The translations under genes were made by a program, and so were the position numbers. Shown here piece by piece: positions 22,000 to 33,200 of a DNA stretch of 64,000 bases. The notes beneath the pieces are model-generated. The model was not told the DNA's origin. It saw only the letters and a list, made by a program, of their open reading frames with translations, and did not search any database. Source of the DNA: Histomonas meleagridis 2922-C6/04-290x (lineage: Eukaryota > Protista > Parabasalia). How positions within the stretch are numbered: position 1 is the stretch's first letter; each line of letters starts with the position of its first letter. The DNA is taken from contig JAANOX010000153.1 in assembly GCA_020184695.1 (NCBI GenBank), positions 434,001 to 498,000 on the forward strand, in the 5' to 3' direction.

Positions 22000-24050
22000 T
22001 TTCTAAATTTTTTAATATTCGAAATATTATTTTTGACCTCATATCAAATATCATTTGTGGAAAGTAATAAAACTTATAGTTAATGAAGAAAATAGTTTTT
22101 TGACAAGTTACAAAGATATAACAAAATATTTTTTTATTGATCAAAAAGTTCAAACCATTAAAGATGACGAATATTCTAAATGGAATCAATTAACAGAAGT
22201 ATGTATTGGTTCATCAGTTAAAACAATAGGTGATTTTGCTTTTTCATCATGTTGCAAATTTATTTCTTGTTTCTATTGGTGAAAATGTGATCTCAATTGG
22301 ACCTTATGCATTTTCAACATGTTCTCATTTAGCTACAATTGAAATAAAATGTATTATTAAAAACGTTGGCTCACATGCTTTTTCTAATTGTCCTTTATTA
22401 AATCATTTTATTTCATTAAATAGAATTCACATGTTATACTTTTCTAATACGATCCAAAATTCACTAACATATTTACTTATATCAACTGAAACAATAACAA
22501 ATATTCAATCTCTTACACCCACGCCATCTTTCACACAAACAAGTTCGCTTACTTTAACTAAAACAAGCGCTCAAACTATGAGTGATTCGCTTACCAATTC
22601 TCATATTCGTGTTTCATCATACATAAATGTGAATTCAAACGTTAAAACAAAAACAATCTCCAAAATCAACACCATATCCATAACACAATCGAAAACCACA
22701 TACTACCAAACATCTCTCACACAAACACAAACGTGTGTTGCATCACCAACAGCAGTAATGTCAGCCACCAAAGTTTCATTGTACACAACAACATATGTTT
22801 TGAATTAATAACATAGTAGTTAACTCAAACACACTCTCTCCTTCAATAACGAAGAATACCACACAAGTAACCACATTGGCGAGCTTGGGCATCAACAAAG
22901 TAACCTATGTCTCCTCAATAACAAGCACGTACACATCAGGTCATTCCTTAATCACTACCGTAGTGCCTGGCGGTAGTGATTTCCTCCAACTTCAAAATTC
23001 ATCAATGACAATCTCTGAGACATGCACAAGATTCTTAACAGGAAGTGTAACATCATCTCAAACAATTACATTCTCTGTCACAAAGACAATTTCTTACGCC
23101 CTCAGTTAGCTTTCTTCCACAACTTATGTCACGTCAAGCACGTTGTCCCCATCTCGAAAGCAGACGCTGTCAAACGCCAACGCACTGTCCCTTACATCAA
23201 CTTGGACAAGTTCGCTTACGGACTCGAACACACTCGTTCCATATGATACAATAGTTTCATCCCAAACAATTTCGCTATCACAAACACTGTCTCAATTTGT
23301 ATTTTCCACTTTATCTCATCTCTAACATCTACAAATTCATTAACTCTATCACAAACAATGAAGCCCTCAACAACACTCTCGCAAACGCAGTCACGAAAAT
23401 TATCACCAACTTTAACTCAGTTACATTTGCATACTGTTTCGCTTACGCTCACCTTTTCACATACTCTCACATTATCACACACCAAAGTCGCATCAAGCAC
23501 ATGGATCCCAGATCCAACAAGTGCTTTCACCAGCTCCAATGCATCCACTAACTCGAATACATTCACAAACTCATTCACAGAAGCGTCTTCCCTCAACTCG
23601 ACTCTTTCACCAACTTTTTCGCTTGTTCATTTGCTCTCTTTCACGCAAACTGTTGTGGTCATTTGCTCGTACCTTTCGCTATCACAAATGGCCTCTTTCA
23701 TCGACCTATCACACACTATTGCTTACGTGAGCACTGTTTTCTACGAGTACTCGATACTTCATTATTCCACTTATTTCAGTTACTACTCGTTGGTCAATGT
23801 GTTTTTCGCTCAAAATGATCTGAAATCGAATTCGCTCGGTAAGGACGCGCTCGTTGGCCTCGTTTGCGGATGCGTAGCTGCAGTTTTGATCATTGCTGGC
23901 GCAGTGGTGTTTCTCTTCCGCCACAAGAGAAAAGAAGATGAGAAGATAGCGGGAAATTCTATGGAATCAAAGAGTGAAATAGATGAAGACGTAGTACACA
24001 AAGCAAATGTAGCAACATGCCTCCAGCAGGAAACTGACCAGTGGATATGA
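22000..24050 (+). pseudogene. BspA-like (TpLRR) surface protein with S/T-rich stalk and C-terminal TM, multiply disrupted
   Basis: IGSSVKTIGDFAFSSC, IGENVISIGPYAFSTC and VGSHAFSNC repeats; frameshifts near 22257, 22800 and 23313; in-frame TAG at 23107; TM LVGLVCGCVAAVLIIAGAVVFLF. The 5' boundary is approximate. Confidence 0.75.
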
Positions 24051-24229
24051 GCAGTGATGTAAAAATAATTCTCATGAGGTAATCTATATATGAGTTTTTT
24101 CATGAATTAAAAACATATATGAAAATCTCAAATTTGAGGATGAAATAATGAATATATATATAAATCAAAATATGGCTATATTAGAAAGCATTTGAAATAT
24201 TGTTATTAGATAAATCAATAAAAGATTTA

Positions 24230-24490
24230 ATTGAAATTATTCTATTTTATTCATTTCGAATTATATTTGTTATTTCATTTGGTTTATGTCTTTCTTATGA
24301 AGTTCCCAGTCATTCTTTGATAGTTCTTTAGAATATTAAAAAAAAATCTACTTGTAACTGCTGTTCCAAGGAGTTTTAATTGAAGAATTTCTTTTCTTGT
24401 ATAATAATGCGCAAAATATAATTATTTCTTATCTCCTATAAAATCTTGTTGAATGAATTAATGTTCAATCATTTTTATAAGTAAATATTA
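24230..24490 (-). pseudogene. DUF3447-family N-terminal remnant
   Basis: KELSKNDWELHKK...PNEITNIIRNE and a KMIEH-like fragment; boundaries approximate. Confidence 0.55.
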
Positions 24491-24539
24491 TGATTTTTGT
24501 GATTTTAACTCAATTAAATATCTTTCGGAGACATATAAT

Positions 24540-24960
24540 ATTCTATAGCATTGAACAAGAAGGTATTGTTGTTAATACTAAAGATATTTATTTGTTTGAA
24601 TAATTTTATATTTCAATATGATATTTGGAATTTAATTAAATTATTTTTTATAGCAATTATGTTAGTATCTTAAAATGGTTATACAAAAATAGTTAAATTA
24701 CTTATTGAACAAAAAGGAATTGATGTTAATGCTAAAGGTGTTTGCTTGTTTTAGGAAAAAATTTATATTAATAATTTCATATTTCATAATAATGTTGTGT
24801 GCGTCTTGACAACCACTTTGGTAATATAGAAAATAAATTACTTTTTGAAAAAAGAAACAATTGGTGTTAACATTATTACTTGGGATCGTACTGAACCTTG
24901 AACACAAAAAAGATACATCGGATATCAAATATGTTTTTTGTTTGCAAATATGCATAAAAA
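24540..24960 (+). pseudogene. Ankyrin-plus-spacer remnant of the DUF3447-ankyrin family
   Basis: EQEGIVVNTKD, a 64-nt spacer, IAIMLVS*NGYTKIVKLLIEQKGIDVNAKG, then a second spacer. The stop lies inside the ankyrin segment, so this copy is dead. Confidence 0.7.
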
Positions 24961-25140
24961 TAATTTTTCGAAAATCAAATAATGAAAAATATTTTGAGAT
25001 ATCTTTAATAATATTACTTCTTTATTATTTTATATGCAAACCAATTTCTTCGTTCAGAATATTGGAAAACGGTTTGTTATTCTTTTGAAAACCTTCTGTA
25101 ATTGAATGCTTTTTTGAATGTAAATGATCGTTATTTAGTA

Positions 25141-28100
25141 ATGCCTCTTTTCAGTAGCAAACTAGGGACAGAACTCGAGAAAATTAGCGGTGTTCTAACT
25201 CCAAAAGAGCTTCGAAATCAGGCGAAAGAAGCAATTGTTTCATTAACTAATTGTACTTTTCCAATTCTTCAAATCAATCATCCAATAATAAATACAATTC
25301 TTCTTATATATGAAAATCCGAAGTATTCAAAAATCAGAATCAATTTTACACCGATTTTAATTGATGGCATTCTTCAATATTGTTTTTCAGGAGAATCTTT
25401 ATCCATAATTACAAAATGTCTTTGTATGGATATAGAACGTATAGATTGGGAACAATCACGAAATTTAAATTATTTTACCTCATCATCAATTAACAAAAAT
25501 TTTCCTGACTATTATCAAATTCAATCATGTTTTTCTATTTCTATATCTCTTATGTGTCATACCGACTCATCTATTTCGGGGACGTCATATGTCAATTTTC
25601 TCCAACTTTTAGATACAGTTGTACAAGAAATTGATAATACAAATTCATCAACCACATTTACAGAATTTTGTCACAACAAGTTTGGCCCATTGTCCGATTG
25701 TTTTGGTGGCTCACTTCATTTTATCTTATTTCTATTATTTAATGATTTATCATGTATTGCCATCAATGATCCGCTCAAATTTCTTCTTATAAGCACAGCG
25801 CCCATTGATTTGATATTTGACATCTTAGAGACCATATTAACCACACATTCTAAGGTCTTTGAAGCATGTCCAAAACTTGGAAATGTCTTTGAAGGAACAG
25901 TTATTTCCTCATTAAATGATCCAAAGTCACTTCCGTTCATCATAAGCTTCATACAAGTCTGTTCATTAACACATCCGTCTTTATGCATGTCAATTTTTAA
26001 TGAATATATTTCATATTTTAAATATGGAGCAACTAATTTAATATATTCTTTATATTTATTTCATTCATTTGTATTTCGAACTAATGAAAACATTAAAAAG
26101 TTTTTCATCAAAACAAAAGAAATAAATTTTTTCATTTTATTAATTAAATGTTGTAATAACTTAATTCAAATGAATGGGAAACCATTAAACTCATTAACAA
26201 TAAATTTAACATCTAAAAAATATCAAAACATATTAAAAGATGAAAACAATTTTATTCTTATTTCACCAATTGAGATAACGTTTGGAATATTACATTCATT
26301 TTTTAATGATAATAATGACAAAGAAGAAGAAAATGTTAATGTAAAAGAACTTTATGTAAATTGTTATTCTTATTTCAAAGACATAATAAATTATTCATTA
26401 AAATATTCGAATTTCCAATCATTTCAATCAGTAACAAATTCTTTTTATGAATTGTTTTATATTAACTATAAGAACAAAATCGAAAATGAAACATTTGAAA
26501 CAATAATAAATTTCGATTTGTTTTGTAACACTAAAGAAATGACTGAAGATGAACGAAATTTATATGAAATCAATCAAAAGAACAAAGATTGGAACAATTT
26601 CTTAATCCAACTTATACAATTATCACCAGAGATCTGTAATGATCAATGGGATTATTTATTTGCGTCAATCTTTGGTAACAATTATGAAAATAATTTATCG
26701 CCATCATTTGCGTCACATTTCTCGAATGAAATCATTATAAACATATTAAAATCATTAATTATTACACGACCTTTTCCAACACAATTCATCACCGACTTTA
26801 TAATCTCAAATATAACACGATTTGATATCCTTTGGCCAATTATTATGGATTTATTCCAAAACAAAAATCTTGAAAATGAATTATTCGAATTATTTATCGA
26901 TTTCATTAATAAAGCTTTTATCGATATTACTGAATTAGGTATCTTAAAACTTGGCTCCGAAATCATAAAAAATCTTTCGAAACAAAAGAAGAAGAAATTA
27001 TTAAATCAATTAAAACATGTATTTGCACAATCTTCACAATGTTTAAATAAAGGATTTAATGAAATATTAATCATATTAAATCCAATATATTATATAAATG
27101 ATGAAGAAAATATTACAATTGCATTTTCATTATTTAATCGAATATGTGATGAATGTATATATAATATTGTTAATCAAAACATTATTAAAATGTTCATCGA
27201 AATTACTTTTAAATATATATCACAAAAAGAATCAATTAATGTGTCATTAAGTTCATTCGACGTTTTATGGAGTTTAGTAAAACAAATGAATTATACAAAA
27301 GAAAATTGGGAATTTGTATTACAAACTTTAATTAATGTTTGGGAAGATGAACGACAAGATATTGCACAATGTTCAATCAAAACATTCTTTACGATAATTT
27401 CTTCTGTTTTTAATGATATTTTTAAGTTGTTAAATTCATTTAAATCTTTTGTATATGAAATATTTCCAAATGAAATTAAGAAATTTAATGATAATAACTT
27501 AAATATAAATGTTTTCCAAACTGTTTTATATGAAATTTCACATTTTATTTTGAATTTCTTAGATGTGTTTGATTCCAACTTAAATGATTTGTTCGATTTG
27601 TTAATAAAATCACAAGAAAAATTAATCATAAATTGTAATGCACATGAAACTAATGTTAATGCATTACAATTTTATTATTGTTATTATTCTTCAAATAATT
27701 TAAACGAAGAATTGGAAAATAAACTTCTGAACTCATTTTACATATTAATAAATGAAAAGTTCGCTAAAATTGATGACCAAAACGCAATAATCGTTTCACA
27801 GTTCGGAAGAATGTTGGGTTATTCAATCATTTCATTGCGCGAAAATATTACCGAAAAACAACTTAAGAAGTGGTGCGATTTCATTGTTTTCGTTGGATTG
27901 AACTTGAAATCTGTCGACGTAATTAACGTGGGCACACAGAGATTGCTGGAGTCAATACAGAAAATGTTTCCATTGTCTGAGAAATATACGATTTTGTTGT
28001 ATGAGGCATTTGTGAAATTGTGTTGTGAGTGTAATTTGGAATTCGTAAGAGATAAAGTTGTGTTTTACTTATGTAAAATGTGTGATGCGGCACATTACGA

Positions 28101-28299
28101 AGATGAATTGTTTATAATGTGCAAGAAAATTTTGCAGTATAAAGAGTCAAGTAAAATTTATGATAAATTACTGCAGAAAGATTTGACGTTTAGAAAGGAA
28201 AACAGAAATGAAGCAAAGGAAATATGCATGCAAATTAAAGATCGATTTAATGGTAATGAAAAATTGGAAAAATTGATTGAGTCACTTGAAAATGAATAA
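25141..28299 (+). CDS. MON2/Sec7-related large HEAT-repeat scaffold
   Basis: DCB-like N-terminus; SINVSLSSFDVLW...W..VLQTL...DERQDIAQCSIKTFF resembles the MON2 C-terminal region. First ATG at 25141 (track starts at TTG 25102). Confidence 0.55.
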   Translation: MPLFSSKLGTELEKISGVLTPKELRNQAKEAIVSLTNCTFPILQINHPIINTILLIYENPKYSKIRINFTPILIDGILQYCFSGESLSIITKCLCMDIERIDWEQSRNLNYFTSSSINKNFPDYYQIQSCFSISISLMCHTDSSISGTSYVNFLQLLDTVVQEIDNTNSSTTFTEFCHNKFGPLSDCFGGSLHFILFLLFNDLSCIAINDPLKFLLISTAPIDLIFDILETILTTHSKVFEACPKLGNVFEGTVISSLNDPKSLPFIISFIQVCSLTHPSLCMSIFNEYISYFKYGATNLIYSLYLFHSFVFRTNENIKKFFIKTKEINFFILLIKCCNNLIQMNGKPLNSLTINLTSKKYQNILKDENNFILISPIEITFGILHSFFNDNNDKEEENVNVKELYVNCYSYFKDIINYSLKYSNFQSFQSVTNSFYELFYINYKNKIENETFETIINFDLFCNTKEMTEDERNLYEINQKNKDWNNFLIQLIQLSPEICNDQWDYLFASIFGNNYENNLSPSFASHFSNEIIINILKSLIITRPFPTQFITDFIISNITRFDILWPIIMDLFQNKNLENELFELFIDFINKAFIDITELGILKLGSEIIKNLSKQKKKKLLNQLKHVFAQSSQCLNKGFNEILIILNPIYYINDEENITIAFSLFNRICDECIYNIVNQNIIKMFIEITFKYISQKESINVSLSSFDVLWSLVKQMNYTKENWEFVLQTLINVWEDERQDIAQCSIKTFFTIISSVFNDIFKLLNSFKSFVYEIFPNEIKKFNDNNLNINVFQTVLYEISHFILNFLDVFDSNLNDLFDLLIKSQEKLIINCNAHETNVNALQFYYCYYSSNNLNEELENKLLNSFYILINEKFAKIDDQNAIIVSQFGRMLGYSIISLRENITEKQLKKWCDFIVFVGLNLKSVDVINVGTQRLLESIQKMFPLSEKYTILLYEAFVKLCCECNLEFVRDKVVFYLCKMCDAAHYEDELFIMCKKILQYKESSKIYDKLLQKDLTFRKENRNEAKEICMQIKDRFNGNEKLEKLIESLENE

Positions 28300-28671
28300 A
28301 TATACTATGTATTAACGCTACTTCATATTATCACAAGATTTAATTTCATTTTCGAAAATTGAAATTTTCTTTTTTGATGTTAAAACGACCGTTAAAGAAA
28401 TCACAAAAAATTTGTAAAGTTTTGAAAACATAGATTAATAATTATTAATATTCTAATATTCTTTTACACATGAGATGAACCTCTTCTGAAACAATAAAAA
28501 TTATATTGACGTATTGATGTGTAACGGCACATTAAAAATGAAATTCTTTATTATGCAAAATGTCAATTTATCTAATCTCAGTTAAGAAAAGTTTTCTTGT
28601 AATTCTTTTCTCTCGTTCAAAGTGTTTTTTTTAAGTTAAACACAAAACAGAAATTAATAATTAGAGTTCGT

Positions 28672-29859
28672 TTACTCCTTCTTTTGTTCAGCAGCGACCT
28701 TTGAGAGCTTGAGCTTTCCGAGGAACTTGTTGCGCTCTTCCTTGGTTTGGAATCTTCCATGACCGAACTTGGATGCTGTATCGATCCACTTGAGGTTGAT
28801 ATCTTCGGTGGCGATTCTCTTTGTGTTAGCGTTGATTGTCTTTCTGAGTGTGATTGTTCTCTTTACTGCACCACAAACGGAACCTTTGATCATAACGAAA
28901 TCGTTTGTGATATTACCATAATGAGCGAAACCACCCATTGGGTTGATTGACTTCTTGGAGATATCGTATTCAGTTGAACCACTTTCATCAAGTTTTCCAC
29001 CTTCGACGAGTTGGAGCTTGTAGATTCTCTTGTTCATTTCAGTTCTGTGGTGGAAACCATTGTTACCGGCACGTGCAATGGTCCAAAGAACTCTCATTGG
29101 ATGCCATGGGCCAATACAGGCGACCTTCCTACGACCACGATGGGTCTTCTTTTGAAGACGCTTGCCACCAAAACGATGGATAACACCTTCCCAACCACGG
29201 CCTTTACCAACGGAGATGAGATCGATTTGTTCGCCTTCAGCGAAAACGTTTCCAACATTGATTGTCTTTTCGAGAAGTTTGACGGCATAGTCAACTTTAG
29301 CAGCAACATCACCACCGTTGATTTGGATTTCGATGAGTTCGGCTTTACGGGAACCAAGTTTGACAAGTTTTGGTTGGGTGTGAGCGATAACACGAACAAC
29401 TGAGGATTGTTCCTTGATGTCTTGGATACGCTTCTTCATGTCATCAGCCTTCTTGTCGAGTTTGCCGAAGGCCTTCTTTTGCTTGGATTGAGCCCAATTC
29501 TTGTAATAGCAACGCTTCATTTCTTCACCAACAAAGCTAGCCCAGGCAGTAGTAACTGGTTTAAGACCATGGACTGTTTCCTTGTAACCGATGAGACCAA
29601 CAACAACCATTGGTGGTGTTTCGATGAGTGTAACTGGTTCAACAGCTTCCTTCTTGTTAAGACGGGATCCAGCACGAACAACTTCACGAACAACATGTGT
29701 CATACCAGCTTTGTAACCAAGGAATGCTTGAAGTTGTGGTGGCTTGGATTGATCATCCTTTGGCCATGACCTTATTCTACCACGAACATGAGAGGCGCGA
29801 CCACGTGGAAGAAAACCAAGAGAACCACGGCGTGGAGCACTGTACTTGCGATGAGACAT
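28672..29859 (-). CDS. RPL3: 60S ribosomal protein L3 (uL3)
   Basis: MSHRKYSAPRRGSLGFLPR start at 29859; FLGYKAGMTH, KVACIGPWHP, KFGHGRFQT. Confidence 0.98.
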   Translation of the reverse strand: MSHRKYSAPRRGSLGFLPRGRASHVRGRIRSWPKDDQSKPPQLQAFLGYKAGMTHVVREVVRAGSRLNKKEAVEPVTLIETPPMVVVGLIGYKETVHGLKPVTTAWASFVGEEMKRCYYKNWAQSKQKKAFGKLDKKADDMKKRIQDIKEQSSVVRVIAHTQPKLVKLGSRKAELIEIQINGGDVAAKVDYAVKLLEKTINVGNVFAEGEQIDLISVGKGRGWEGVIHRFGGKRLQKKTHRGRRKVACIGPWHPMRVLWTIARAGNNGFHHRTEMNKRIYKLQLVEGGKLDESGSTEYDISKKSINPMGGFAHYGNITNDFVMIKGSVCGAVKRTITLRKTINANTKRIATEDINLKWIDTASKFGHGRFQTKEERNKFLGKLKLSKVAAEQKKE

Positions 29860-29937
29860 AAAGAGAAAAGGTTCGACCATGCGGTTATCAATTCAAATTA
29901 TGGGGCATCCCAAATCAGAAAGGTTTTGGGGTGCCTC
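29860..29937 (-). promoter_or_regulatory. RPL3 core promoter: M5-like CCTTT, TGGTC and an inverted GC-box pair
   Basis: CCTTT at 29867-29871; TGGTC at 29875-29879; inverted repeat GGGGCATCCCAAA (29902-29914) / TTTGGGGTGCCTC (29925-29937). Confidence 0.55.
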
Positions 29938-30256
29938 AAATATGTTCATAATGTTTTTGTAATATTTTAATATTTGTAATAAACATATTTTGTAGTAGTT
30001 TAGAAAACACGTTTTTCTTAGATGAATTGAAAAATTTTATATTATAAATTATTTTTGGAAATAATTAATTGATTTTATATTTTTCTAACAACATTGAAAC
30101 GTGAATGCGGTCATTATGGAATATTTTATACTCTAATGATATAGTAATTACGATGTGTTACTTCTTTTATTCTCGAGAATATATGTTTTTTTCACTTTTT
30201 TAAAATTCTGAATCTATCGTTCTGTCACCTAATTTAATTAATCAAAAAATTCTCGA

Positions 30257-33200
30257 ATGGGAAATAGTCAAGCCAAGCTCGAACAAGTAAAAGCACTTCA
30301 TGACTTCCTAGTTGATGAAGTAAAGGTATTAGAATCATTTCAAGAAATTATATTTAATTTAAATGAAGATAATATGATTGATTCTGTTGATAAAATTATG
30401 GATATGTTTAATTTAGATTTTTCACCATATCCTAACTATACTCTTAGCAAATTAATTTATTCATCATTTGTTTCACAAAAGAAGGATTTTAATATTTATG
30501 TTAATTTCCTAAACAAAATTGAAACCAAAGAAAAAGAATTAAACAAAAGTAATCAAGATAAATTAATTAATGTATTTGCGAATTATATTCTTATTATAAA
30601 TTCACAAGAATCTTATTTTCTATTAGCGAAATTAATTGAAATGAATTTAATCTCAAAAAATTTAATTCAAAATAAAAAAACATTTTATTTTGTACATTAC
30701 ATGACAAATGAAACAATAGATCAATTAAAAATGCAAGGTTACATTCCATTTTTTAAATATTTCACTGATAATTATTTAAAGCTTTCAGAGAATGATTGGG
30801 AACTTCATAAACAATATGTTAAAGAAGGTGTTAATCCAAATGAAATTGCTAAAATGATTCAAAATGATGAACTAGAAAAACTTCAAGAAATATCATCACA
30901 AGAAAACTTTAATTATAATCAAATAATCGAACCATCACTTTATGAGAAATATTCATTCATTAATACAAAAGATGTGACATTAATTGATTATGCAGCATTT
31001 TTTGGATCTATTAAATGTTTTAGATACTTACTTATGAATGGTGCAAATATAAATAATGTTTGTAAATATGCTGTTGCAGGTGGAAATCTTGAAATTATTC
31101 ATTTATGTGAACAAAATAATTTATCAATTGAATCTGAATTGGATATAGCAATTAAATTTTATCAAAATGATATATTTATGTATATTTATGAGAATAAAAA
31201 TAATAAATATACAATTAATGAACTTATTGATTCATTATTTAAAAACAATGTGTTTCTGAATATAAAACTTTTTAGTTTTCTAATTGAGCAAAAAAGAAAT
31301 GCTAATAATTTTGATAAAGTTGCCTTTTCTTCTGAAATTTGTTTATAAAATTTGATGTTTAATAATAACATTTAGAATTTCTTCACAATATTTAAAACAT
31401 TACTTATGCTTACATCAAAATATGGACATGTGGAAATAGTTAAATTATTAATTGAGCAAAAATTGATTGAATTTAGTGAAAAAGAACTATTTTATTTTAG
31501 TTATTTAAAGAAGCTTTTGCATGTGCTTGTACTAATAATCAAATAAGTGTGGTAAAATTACTTCTTGATCAAAAAGGAACAATTTTCAAATCCAAATATG
31601 TTATTTCAATTTATTAAAACATTTTCACATAAATTTTATGGAAATTATATAAATTATTTCAAACAGCTTTGATGCTTACTGCCACCAATGGCCATACTGA
31701 AATAGTTAAATTGCTTCTTGAACAAGAAGGAATTGATATTAATGATAAAGATATTTATTTGTTTTATTCAAAATTTATTTTAATAATTTTATATTTCAAA
31801 ATAATATTTGGAAATTATTCAAATTGTTTTGGACAGCACTTATTTTGGCATCTTATAACGGTCGTACAGAAATGGTTAAATTACTTCTTGAACAAGAAGG
31901 AATTGATATTAATGCTAAAAGTATATATTTGTTTTATTTAGTATTTATTTTAATAATTTGATATTTCAAAATAATATTTAAAAATTATTTAAATAATTTA
32001 ATACAGCACTTATTTTGGCATCTTATAACGGTCGTACAGAAATCGTTAAATTACTTCTTGAACAAGAAGGAATTGATGTTAATGCTAAAGATATTTATTT
32101 GTTTTATTTAAAATTTATTTTAATAATTTTATATTTCAAAATAATATTTAAAATTTATTTAAATAATTTAATACAGCATTTATGTATGCATCTCAAAATG
32201 GTCACATAAAAACAGTTCAATTACTTCTTGAACAAGAAGGAATTGATGTTAATGCTAAGGGTATTTTTATGTTTTATTTAATATTGATTTTAATAATTTT
32301 ATATTTGAAAATAATATTTGGAAATTATTTAAAATATTTGAAACAGCACTTATGAAAGCATTTTTAAATAAGCGTAATGAAGTTGTGAAATTACTTATTT
32401 CAAATGAAAAAGTTGATATCAATGCTAAAAATAGAATTTTTTTTTGATTAAAATTTCTTATCAATATTTTTTGGGGATTTTTCAAATTATTTGAAGTATT
32501 CTTATATAATGTACTATGTGCTAATAATATTAAAATCGGTGAAGCACTTCTTGCACAAGAAAGAATTGAGCTTAATACTATAGTTGTTTTTATGTATTTG
32601 AAATTTATTTTAAGAATTTATTATTTTAATATGATTTTTAATTACCAATCACCAGTAATTTGTGCATATCAACACTGTAAAGGTTTATTTAAAGCAATAC
32701 TTGAGCATAAGAATTTTGATATTAATGCTAAATATATTTATTTGTTTTGTATAAAATTTATTTTTTTCATTTTATATTTCAAAATAATATTTGGAAAATA
32801 TTTAAATTATTTTATACAGCTCTTTCTTACGCCTCAAAGTTTGGTTATTATTATTTTGTTCAATTACTTCTTGAACATAAAGGAATTGATATTAATGCTA
32901 AAACTATTTATCCTTTTTAATTAATATTTATTTTAATAATTTTGGAATTCAAAATAATATTTGGAAATTATTTAAATTATATGATACAGCACTTAGTTTT
33001 GCATCTGATATAGGTTGTATAGAAATTGTTCAATTGCTTCTTCAACAAAAAGGTATTGATGTTAATATTCAAGATCTTTATTTGTTATTTTTTACATTTA
33101 ATTTGTTAATTTATTGTTTTAATATAATATTTGGAAATTATTCGAATTATTTTTCAATGCACTTATTCGTGCATCTATAAGAGGTTACACTCAAATAGTT

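Noticed and set aside
28747-29970. Several plus-strand ORFs overlapping RPL3, and similar shadow ORFs over other genes
   Set aside because: Antisense or alternative-frame artefacts of biased codon usage.
31346-31375. Stop-codon reassignment as the explanation for in-frame stops in spacers
   Set aside because: Conserved genes in the window end normally at TAA or TGA, and most spacers also break the frame, which read-through cannot fix.
31921-32006. Canonical GT...AG intron from GTATAT (31921) to ACAG (32006); likewise from GTATTT at 32261
   Set aside because: In frame, but it would delete the ankyrin D-x-x-x-x-T hairpin (28-aa repeat). Most units have AT rather than GT there, and no branch motif is present. 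The conserved internal GT joined to ACAG (76 nt) is out of frame.
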